Source: Marsupella aquatica (taxonomy: Eukaryota; Plantae; Marchantiophyta). Taken from it: a DNA stretch of 64,000 nucleotides. Position numbers and translations under genes: made by a program. Where the stretch lies: positions 1,364,001 to 1,428,000 of the forward strand of contig OZ316896.1 of the NCBI GenBank assembly GCA_973895155.1, given 5' to 3'. Below the pieces are notes generated by a model. The model was not told where the DNA came from and made no database searches. It was given only the letters and a program-made list of their open reading frames with translations. Positions 37,514 to 48,052 of this stretch are shown here, piece after piece. Position 1 is the stretch's first letter. Every line of letters begins with the position of its first letter.

Positions 37514-40500
37514 GTAGCTGAACAGTTGCGGATGCGTTCTGCTGGAATTACTGATTGTCCCTTGGTGAGCTTGCGGTCCACTGAGACAGTATTGACCACA
37601 ACTGGGGGCGAGCAGATAGTCCATGGACCTATGACAGGATTGGCCAAGGCTGGACAGATTGTTGAGCAGGAAGGGACTGCTCAATCTACTGCTAAATAGC
37701 AATCATTGGCTATCTCTTCTACCCTACAAAGAGATATTAGGGATTTGGTGGAGAGTTGGGAACCACAGCTTGGCCCTAAGTTAACAGGGGAGGAGAGACG
37801 TCGCATGCATCGATTCCTGAAGAGTTATTGGAATTGTTTTGCATTCAACATGAAGGATTTGGGGACATTGAAGGGCCCTGGTATTCAGATTGAATTGGCT
37901 AGTGATGCGCCAATCTTTCATAGACCATACCGTTATATGACATGGAGAGAGCTCTGATTCAAAGCAGAACTCAAGATTTGTTGGAGGCTGGATTGGTGGA
38001 GATTTCATATGGGGAGTATGCATCTGCCACAGTGATGCCAGCCAAGAAGGATGTGCATGGCAATTACACAGATAGGCGCATGTGTGGTGATTATAGACCT
38101 ATTAATCGCCAGATAAAATTTGATCGATATGCCATGCCCACACCTGAGAAGATCTTTGATGCTGTGGGGCATGCAAAGGTTTTCAGTTCATTGGATCTGA
38201 GGGCAGGGTACCATCAGCTTCCAATTAGGCATGCTGACAGGTCCAAGACAGCATTCTGGGGGATTGATTCTTATGGCAAAGATCGTTTGTATCAGTGGTT
38301 ATTCTTACCATTTGGGTTGAAGAATGCACCAGCTGAGTTCCAGAGAGTCATGGATCGAATCCTTGCAGGTTTGGATTTTGTCAGATGTTATATTGATGAT
38401 ATTTTGATCTATTCTTCTACTGTGGAAGAACATCAGCAGCACTTGCAGATTTTGATGGAGAGATTGAGAGCACATGGGTTGAAGCTCCATCCTGGCAAGT
38501 GTAAGTTCTTCCAAGACCAGATTGAGTATTTGGGCCACACTATATACCCAGGGGGATTGGGTGTACAGCAGACTAAAGTGGAGGCCATTACACAGATTCC
38601 TTGTCCTACTGATGTAAGTAGAGTTCGTGCATTCTTGGGATTGGCGAGCTACTACAGGAGGTATGTTAAAGGATTTAGCCAGCTTGCTAAACCTTTGACC
38701 ATATTCACTAAGTTGGATCAGGAATGGATTTGGGGTGATGACCAGGAGCATGCCTTTCAGGAGTTGAAGCAAAGGTTGGCATCATCCCCTATTTTGAGAA
38801 GACCCATTTCAGGCAGACCATTTCAGCTACACACTGATTGGAGTGGAGTAGGACTTGGAGCAGTGCTGACTCAGAAGGATGATGAGGGGAATGAGTTTGT
38901 TGTGGCTTATGCCAATAGATCAAACAATTCAGCAGAGGCTAAGTATAGCTCTTATGAGGGAGAGTGTTTGGCAGCAGTGTGGGCTGTTGCACACTTTCGT
39001 TGCTACTTGTTTGGTAACCCCTTCACCTTGATCACTGATCATCAACCTCTTAAGTGGTTAATGGAGTCTGACAAGCTTACAGGGAAGCTTGCACGATGGG
39101 CATTGTTGTTACAGGAGTATGATTTCCAGGTGGTGCATAGGCCTGGAAAAGTGAACTTGGATGCAGATGGATTAAGCCGCAATCCATGTACCAGTCAGCA
39201 AGATGAGACTGGAGCTAGATGGCATGATGAGTCAGATAAGGAGATGGTGCCAGGATGGCATGCATCTGCCTTTCTTTGTTGGGTGTCGGCATACAATGGA
39301 TCTGTGGACTCTACCTCATTGGATGGAGTGGATGATGAGTCTTTAGATGTGGATGTTGGTGAGGTAACTTCTGGACAGCAAGATATTCACAATGATGTGA
39401 GAGTGTTGGAATATCTGCGCAGTAGTTCTATTGTTGGCAGTGTTGATGCCAAGGAACGTGACAGGGTTCTACAGAGAGCCAAGAGGTTTCGATGGGAGGG
39501 AAACCATCTTTTGAGAGTACTGCATGATGGTAGAGTGTTGATGGTCCCAAAACCATCACAGAGAGTACATTTGGTGCGACATGCGCACGAGGAGTTGGGT
39601 CACTTTGGTGTGAAGCGCACTTACAACTTGCTGCAGACACAGTATTGGTGGCGTGGTATGCACAATCATGTCCAGCAGTTGATAGCTAAGTGTGTGGTAT
39701 GTGATAGAGTGAGAGCATCATGCTCCCACTCCCCAGTTGCACCTGTTACCGATCATGGGTTTGGGATATCGTTGGAGTTTGGATTTTGCTGGTCCATTAC
39801 CTCTTACCCAACGCCATAATCGGTATGTTTTGGTCATGGTGGAACACTTCTCCAAGTGGATTGAGCTAGTGGCATTGCCAAATAAAGCCAGTGGAGGAGT
39901 TGCTGCTACATTTTTGGATCGTGTACTCAGTCATTTTGGAGCACCAGCTGAGGTGTTGACTGATCAGGGAACTGAGTTCCGTGGAGAGTTTGAGAGTTTG
40001 TGTGAACAAGCTCTGATTGATCATCATACTACCTCTCGTGATCATCCTGAGGCAGATGGATTAGCTGAGAGAGTTGTGCAAACTGTGAAGAGAGGATTGC
40101 GTAAGTATGGCTTGCAGGTTGGTCATCTGGGAGTGGGATCTCCAGCTACCTTGGTTAGCTATGGGCTACCGTTTCAGTCGGCAAGCATCACTTGCATCCT
40201 TCTCACCTTACTTTTTGCTCTATGGTAGAGAGCCAGATTTGCCAGCAGCTATTCGTCGTGATGTTGCATCAGTTGTGAACTTGGATGATCCTGATGTTTG
40301 GGTCAAGGTGTGTTCATAGAGAGCATGGGTATTTCAACGAGTGATGCCCATGGCTTTCGACAACCTTGCCATTGCCCAACATCGTGATACTTTGAGGTAT
40401 GCCACTATTCGTGGAGGAGGTTACCGTGCAAGCATTCGGCGATTTCATCCTGGTGATTATATTTTTTTGCAGCAGACAGCACCCACGACACTTGATGTGA

Positions 40501-40676
40501 CCGCAGGCCGGACAATCTTACGTGTGCGTGAAGTGTTGCCTTCTGGTGTCCTGATGTTGGAGGGACGCGATGGTATGGTTTGGAAGGATCATGTGCGCAA
40601 TTGTGCACCATGTCACCTTCCCAACATTGATGGTACAGTAGATCCAAGCTTGGCACATGTTCGTGCTGGCTTGAAA

Positions 40677-40811
40677 TGTATGTTGTGTGGATCTGCTCAG
40701 GGAGCAGCTACTATGTTGATTTGTGATAAGTGTTCTAGAGGATGACACATGTCATGTTTGACACCACCATTGCAGGTGATTCCTAGTGGATCATGGTTGT
40801 GTCCTCAGTGT
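40677..40811 (+). other. PHD finger (C4HC3) at the integrase C-terminus
   Basis: CMLC...MLICDKCSRG*HMSCLTPPLQVIPSGSWLCPQC; the stop (TGA at 40743) replaces the conserved aromatic residue before H. Confidence 0.92.
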
Positions 40812-40980
40812 CGATGAAGCCGACTAGTTATCATTTGTGTTCTCTTGGCAGATATGAATTGCAGGTAGGTGATCGATGGGGCTCACTTGCACCCGGCCTC
40901 CTGATCTTCACACCTAAAAAGGTGTATATCAACCTTGTAGAACTCATGGCTAGCTAGAGTTAGGGGACCTTACTCCCAGC

Positions 40981-40992
40981 TAGGGGGGCGAT
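40981..40992 (+). promoter_or_regulatory. Polypurine tract of the retrotransposon
   Basis: TAGGGGGGCGAT immediately followed by TGT (40993), downstream of the pol stop codon. Confidence 0.65.
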
Positions 40993-42594
40993 TGTGGTTT
41001 TTGGACATGTGTGGACATGAGTTCCACTTGTATTCCATTCTCTTGTGTTTGTGATGTGGCAGTGTGACTATGTCTGGATGTATGTGACAAGCGATGTATG
41101 TTGTGTAGCGATATGTATGCGCACGACAGTGTCCATCTAGGTTTTAAGTTCTCTAAAATTCAAAACTGAAAAATTTCATGTCACTTGGTTGTGCTCTGAT
41201 TCTATGATGTGGTGACCATTATCTTGATCAATTAAATGGATTAAAAATGATAAAGTTAATTAAAAAATCATTCTCATTTTGTTTTACTTTGGTGGTGGTT
41301 GTCGCCTCTCTTTGACAATTAAAAACTTTATCTCATTTGTTGTACTTTGGTGGTGGTTATTGCCTCTCTTTGTGTCATGACATTTTTCACTTGACTACTG
41401 TAGTTTCTTTTTATGCAATGAGATCTTTCTAACAAAGATACCTTTTGCACCATGATATTTTTTCAAGTGCATCTTTAACACAACATTATTTATTAAGCAT
41501 TGACCTCTTTTGCCAAACAATATATTAGTATATTCTAGTGAAGTACACCTTTTGCACAATGACATATTTCAGTTAAGGACATCTTTTGGGAACATCTTTT
41601 TTAACAATCTTAAATGCAATGACATATTTGCAACATACGAGGATTGAGCTAGTGTTAATACGATGACATGGCTGATGGTTTTTTAAATCATTTAATTAAT
41701 ATTCAAAGAATATGCTTTGAGGCTCGTACATATAATAGCAATTGTGTGAGGAGATAATGCACAGAGAGAGTAATGCTGTCTAATTCTCGGGTGGGGCCGG
41801 ACATACAGAGGCTGGTACACAATTTGTGTGGTTTTGCACCAGTTCGGTTGAGGCAGACTCTCTGGTGATTGGCACCTCCATAATAGCCATGAATCGAGTC
41901 AAACACTAACGCGAAAGACCATACGTGACGGGAACTTTTCCCCAACATTTAAAATATGACCAACGGATAAGAACTTGACAATGTGCCACTTGATATGTTG
42001 GTGCTCATATCATAAAGTCTAAAGGAAAGTGCTCTCGATCATTTGGCGTCAGTCCTCCTGTTCATGTCACTAAGACTGGTTTGCGAAATGCAGGTGATGT
42101 AATACTTACGCGGAACAGAATGATGGCGAACTAGAAATTGAAAAGAAGCCAATAGGCTGATTCGAGTAATCCCCCACAAATTCGTCACTTTTGCACCTGG
42201 TCTTAACCCACGACATGGAATCTAACTGAGCTTCGAAATGTTCCTTCCTTACTAATTGGACAACAGTGCAGAAAGGGATCCACAATGCTGGACACTGATC
42301 GATGTTCATAAGGGAAGAAAGTAGAACCTCATTAAATATATCAAATCAAACAATATAATAAGGAATGGTGCCCTTTTCGTCGTCGTAAGAAACTGCATTG
42401 ATGTTTGGAAGAATCAACGGCATTTGCAAGCTTTTATAAGTTACTGCAATCTTTAAGGTCAATCATTGAATGGTTATGGTGCTTGCAATATATAAGAATG
42501 CAGATAAGTTCGATAGGTTCGGGAACACAACAGGCACGAGTACAGGATTTCACGAAAACAGCTTGTAGCTGGTGACAGGCGAAGGCCGGAAGTC

Positions 42595-45584
42595 ATGAAA
42601 ACAGTTCGGCTTGCCGCGACTGGAGTGATCGTTCTGCTGTTGACCACCCTCCGTGCAGCCAATGGACTTTCAATGGCTCTTGCTGATGATGTAAGTGCAT
42701 GCCAACTGAAATCAACACGATTTGTTTGTCAGTCATCACAAGATTGACAGTCTATACCCTTCTTCCGTGACTGGGATTATATTTGCCGCAAGTAGGCTAA
42801 ACACAACATTCATAACGTTCGAAGTTCAAAGTCGGACTGAGAAGGATAGAGATATTCTACAGTCTTGTACTGAATGTCAGAAACTTATATACTGAAATTC
42901 ATACTTGAATGTAGTTTCCTAACGATTGGGTCACGTAGCCTTCTTCATGTGCACTTGATTCTCATCTAGACCGGTACAAGACATCTATTCAGCTGTCCAC
43001 TCAATCATGAAAGCTGTCCACTCAATCATGAAGATCGGAAACTTGAAATTATCTAACTGCAAGGTTTCTCGATAGTTGTTAAAAGACATAGGCTCTAAAT
43101 CAAACTCATGTCACGTTGTTCTCATTGACCCGTTCAAGTGAAAACTAAAGGTGAAGGTGGGAGGTCAATTCTCAACGGTACTATCATTGACAATTACAGA
43201 TTGGTCCGCTCGCCTTGGTCGATTAATGGTATGTGGATGGATCTTGCACGTCCATAATCGCACGTCATGCGCAGGAATGGACCGAATTGCCGGAGTTGTG
43301 GATGAACCATGGAGGGGACATCACCAACCGCCGCGCGGCTCGGTTCGAGACGAAAATCAGCAAAGAAACAGTGACAACTCTGTCCTTGAAGTGGACCGTG
43401 CAAACAGGTTTCGATGTGTCGGCCACCCCTTCCATCGATGGTCGTCGAGGGGTGGTGTACTTCCCGAGCTGGGATGGATGTCAGTATGCCGTCAAAAAGG
43501 ACACCGGTGAGCTCATCTGGAAAGTGAACATGACGGAGATTGCACCCACTATTCCAGGACTACTCAATGTCACTAGTATTGTCACTAGGTCAACGCCCAC
43601 CATAGCCGGACCACTCCTGGTGTTCGGGCTCTACAATCCGTGCTTTATCCTTGCGTTGAACAGATTTTCAGGGGCTCTGGTCTGGTCGACCAGCTTGGAC
43701 TCACATCCGTTGGGTCTCGTCACTCAATCCGCGACTTACCACGAAGGGTACGTTCCTGGAATTCATGAAACGCCTTTCTTTCTGATTTGCTTGGCCTTTT
43801 AGATCCTGCGATTTAGGGTGTGAGCTTTGTACATAATTACGGCGTTTTACATTGTTTTGGGGCACGAGTAGGAATAAACATTGACAGATTGTGTTAAAAG
43901 TTCATAAAATTTGACTGACTTAAGAAGATGCGTTCACACATGGTATTGTGAACAGGGCAATCTACATCGGCACGAGCTCGGCAGAAGAGGTTGATGCTCC
44001 CCTGTCGGCCTGCTGCTACTTTCAAGGTAAGTTCTTCAAGCTTGATGCTAAAACGGGCAAGAAGGTGTGGAACGTGAGCATGCTCCCTGACAACCACCAG
44101 CACATTGGACTCTACTCCGGAGCTGCCATTTGGGGGAGCAGCCCATCCATCGACGTCTCCAGGAGACTGGTGTACATCGCCACGGGGAATGGTTACAGTA
44201 AACCTCCAGCTTTAGAGGCTTGCGAAGCAGCTCGTCTGAATGAAACCAACCCGCCCCTTCCCGATCCCTGTCTAGTCCCGGACGATCATTCGGAGTCCAT
44301 CCTCGCCATCAACATTGACACTGGCAACATTGCTTGGGCCAGGCACTTGGGAGGGTACGATACTTGGTCTGCTGTTTGCCTAAATTCGCCAGTTAAGGTG
44401 CCGAATTGCCCCAGCATCCTTGGCCAAGATTACGATTTTGGAGAAGCCCCGTTCCTGTTTACGATCAAAGGGAAGGAGCACGGATCACGGAGAGACGTTG
44501 TGATTGCTGGTCAGAAGAGTGGGATTGTCCATACTCTTGATCGAGCGTCTGGAGATATTGTTTGGCAGACTGTAAGTCGAACTCTCAGACACAAACTGCC
44601 AAGGCGTTGCTTGAATCTGATTTAAATCGGGGCGACTATTCCACAGTTCCATGGTTTATTGCTCTCGTCAGTGCTGGTTCATTTGCCTTGTTGGGATCAT
44701 GATGCCCGTTTAAATGTTGTCATTCACGCAATTGCTCAATACAGCTCATCCTCGCCTAAATACAAGCTCTATTTAAGTGGAATCCCTCAACTAGTGCAAT
44801 GGAAAAACGCAGACTGCAGGGCCAGGGGGCTACGGGGGAGGAGCGTCATGGGGCATGACCGCAGATGGCGAGAGAGTGTTCACAAATATTATCAACACTA
44901 ATCCCAATAATTTCACCTTGCTTCCATCTTCTACTGTCATCACCTGGGGGGGCTGGGTGGCCATGAATGCATCCACAGGAGCAATCCTCTGGTCCACAGG
45001 CAGTCCATCTCGCCTAAGTACTACCCCTGCGGTATGGTTTCTCAATCTCACATGGATTGTGTTGGAGCTTTGGCATTCCATGCAAACAGTGAGGGGAACT
45101 TTGATAAATTAGAAGGGGCTACACTACTTTAATCATAGCAGAATCTGAAATCACTAGGTAGATTTGGTACCTGTACGTTTTTCATTTAGGCATCAGCTCA
45201 CCAAAGCTCTCAAATAATAGGTACCCCTTCAAAATCATGATCTTGGTTTGCTTCACAATTTCTATAGTTCAGATTGATGGACATGGATGATGCTGCATTG
45301 TGTTGATGCAGGTTGCCTATGCCAATGGTGTGCTCTTTGGTGGATCTGTGGGAAATGCCAGTAGTCCTACTGGCAAACCCTCAGGCCAAATAGTGGCACT
45401 AGATGCCTTGACGGGGAACATTTTGTGGGACTATACGACCCAAGGGGGCCTAGGAGGAGGGCTCTCCATATGGGATGGTTGTATCTACCAACCCGTGGGT
45501 GGAAGTACGGTTACATTTGGGTTTAACTACTCAAACTTGGCCATTCATGGGCATTCTGCCATTTCCTTGTGTGTAAAAGCATAA
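42595..45584 (+). CDS. Secreted PQQ-type beta-propeller dehydrogenase (polyvinyl-alcohol dehydrogenase-like); 5 exons, 558 aa
   Basis: Exons 42595-42690 (signal-peptide-like MKTVRLAATGVIVLLL), 43275-43747, 43956-44571, 44813-45031 and 45312-45584 sum to 1677 nt in frame. Motifs WMNHGGD, repeated A.D..TG...W blades, CC..FQG, GAAIWGSSP, DYDFGEAP, GQKSG. Confidence 0.88.
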
Positions 45585-47220
45585 TCAGATATAGAAATAA
45601 CTATTTGACTCTGTTCAGTTGAGGTAGTCAAAAGGATTCAATCTTCACTCCAATGGAACAGGGGAGTTGCATATGATTGTGGTTCGAATCGAGGTTTCTT
45701 TGACCATTTCCTTGTATTGATTAGGACTGGATTAGGAGTGCTACAAGCTGCCGTCTGCCACTTCAAATACTGGCTCTTAGTTACCATACTTGAAACCCTC
45801 CCTCGAATGAGCAAACAAACTGAAAGAGACCAAGCCGTTGTAGTCAGTTCAGATAACCCACATTGCCGTGTCGTTGTCCACAGTAAAATTTAAATATGTC
45901 AGTGTCTCAAATTAAGAGTCAAAAATAAATTTCGGTTTGATTTAGACTTCTCTGCAATTCACATCTGGCATTAGTCTACTAGCTTTGCTGCTGGTCGCTT
46001 GTGCTCACTCACGACATTGCTCTGGCTTCGGCCTCTCTGTTCGGCAGTTGTTCCTTCACTATCCCACAAAGCGAAGGACTGTACATGCTCAGCATGCGAA
46101 GTCGGTCATTTAGGTCACTTGTTGGTGCTAGTATAGAAGCTTGGTCTAGTCGTGAAATCTGACACCAATTTGGTCACCAGAAGATTATGAGTAACGGACG
46201 AATTTGGTGTTGTGTACATTGGACTCAACCAGTCGCTTTTGTGGGCTCACTCAGGTACTAATGATCCGACAATCCCTCGATCAGGTTTGTTAAAGCAGAA
46301 CTGTGTTTGTTGGACTGGTATTTGCTGTCGACTTACGATAAATGTTTTGAATTTATACAGCTGGGTTCAACATAGGTGGAAGTTATCAAAGCCTTCTAGC
46401 TACGTGTTTCACAATGCCTGACTTCCGGCCTTTTCTTGAATCGCATGTTGTTTTGTGAACCGATGAAGGAAGCTCGATAAGTGTGTCCGTGTGGCTGTCT
46501 GGTTTGCTGATGAAGTTATTGAATATCCTCTTTCACTGCTGCGGTGTTTACTCCTAGTTATGCCACCGACTCCGTTTTCCGTCAACAACATGACTGTTTA
46601 AGGCTTTGGCAGTGCCAATCACTAGCGCTGTCTTTCAGTTTCGGCAGATCTTCGTGTATTATGTGCACCGTAGAGGCTATTAGACGCTTTTTGACACTCA
46701 AAGTCGGTCACATGTTCGATTGTCCACAAGAACGAATTCGCTCCATTTTTGCACTTGCAGCAGCCCACCGCAACGATTGCCAAGTCCCCAGTTTAGTAAG
46801 AGTTTACAGTAATTAAACGGAGGATCGCTCAGATCATGCGCCGTTTCCTTCCCGCACAGGGAAAACAAGAGGAACGTACAGTGGCCAGCAGAGTTTCGAG
46901 AACAATCGAGAGCCCAGTCGAGAGCTCAGTCGGGAGCTCAATCCCTATTCAAATTCCGAAAAATCATTAGATCACTAATGTGAGATGAACAAACCAAAGA
47001 ACTGAGTAGGACCGTAATCTAGGATTCCTTTCTTTCTTTCGAAACGAGTGGTCAAGAAGTTGAGGGAGTTCCACATTAAACACTATCACCAGCGAGAACA
47101 AACGATCGAGACTGCAATTCGTGAGTGAGGACATTGATGACTGATGAAAACTGGACTTGCGGAAGGACACTAGTCTATCATGTTAGTCCAAGTTTTACAT
47201 AGCAGAAGCTACAGACTAGA

Positions 47221-47223
<3 letters not shown>

Positions 47224-47254
<31 letters not shown>
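47224..47254. repeat. (AT)n microsatellite
   Basis: Uninterrupted AT run of ~15 units. Confidence 0.95.
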
Positions 47255-47258
<4 letters not shown>

Positions 47259-47641
47259 AGCCGAGGAAACAAGATGCAATCAATTTCGTTCCAAAACGGT
47301 ACAGTACATAATTATCAACCTACCGCTACACGATTCTCGGTCGCCACCAGCTCAATCCGTTCTGAAAGCACACTACTGCGATTGTAATTATATCGAAGAG
47401 CTGGTAGTTTCCTCAATCGGAACAGAGCAAGCCGGGAGACTTGCTGAGAGCCAGAAGAATCGAGAAGGACATGACCTCAACGCCGTTCCAATCTCGAGAG
47501 GCGGAACTGAGACAATTAAGTGGAATCTATAAAGGCATTCTTCCTACTTGGTGAGCATACCGACGGTAGTTGGCCTCCTGAATGTAGGTCGATTAACAAG
47601 CCTCTCTACATTGTTTCTGCTGCAATTGAATTTCCGTCGGT

Positions 47642-47685
47642 AACAATTACCGGGGGATCGGTCAGACGATCCCCAGGTAATTGTT
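47642..47685. other. Hairpin, 19-bp stem (1 mismatch), 6-nt loop
   Basis: AACAATTACCGGGGGATCG-gtcaga-CGATCCCCAGGTAATTGTT. Confidence 0.8.
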
Positions 47686-48052
47686 GGTAGAATGAGACGA
47701 ACCACACCGACACGTCGAGTACTAGGAAAACGAAATCATGTTTATGAAAGTTCACTCTGCCAACGTGAGTGTGGTCTAGTCCTCTGCCAAAAAGATTGGT
47801 TAACAGGTTGTGACAAGTACCCAGATTGCACGAAAATCAAATCCAGACTAGCAAGCAATATTTCCTTCATCCAAGCCTTCACGACCTCTCCTCGCCACCA
47901 CAGCCTGAAAGGCATTTCAAATTGCTTTTGGTTTCATGAGGCCCCAGAAACATCTCGTACTACAAGCTTCAATTGGTCACAATTTTGTGTATCTTACAAG
48001 AATTGAGTAAACAGGGCCCCAAAGTCCACCTTAAGTTACTCTAGCACCCAGT

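Larger units (their letters stand above)
33716..40817 (+). pseudogene. Single-frame Gag-Pol polyprotein (~2370 aa), disrupted by 7 stops and 3 frameshifts
   Basis: Two zinc knuckles (CWTCGGDHA*RDC, CDHCGAPGHTKDRC), protease LLDTGA, RT YIDDIL, RNase H LHTDWS, integrase HHCC plus SLDF/TDQG/LAER. Stops at 34829, 35363, 35378, 36845, 37697, 40317 and 40743; frameshifts at ~37935, ~39720 and ~40130. Confidence 0.95.
32053..41128 (+). mobile_element. Ty3/Gypsy retrotransposon (9076 bp) encoding DNMT and PHD domains, nested in the MULE right TIR
   Basis: Termini TGTC...GACA; 4-bp TSD GTGT at 32049-32052 and 41129-41132; removing the element restores the MULE TIR. Domain order Gag-PR-(DNMT)-RT-RH-INT-(PHD). 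Confidence 0.93.
23959..41151 (-). mobile_element. Mutator/MuDR (MULE) element, ~8.1 kb excluding the nested retrotransposon, with cargo genes
   Basis: Perfect 9-bp TSD TCTAAAATT at 23950-23958 and 41152-41160. Imperfect long TIRs: left GAACTTAAAGCCCTCATGGACACAGACCTTTGC versus reverse-complemented right GAACTTAAAACCTAGATGGACAC[insertion]AGACGTTTGC. Contains a MuDR transposase. Confidence 0.92.
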
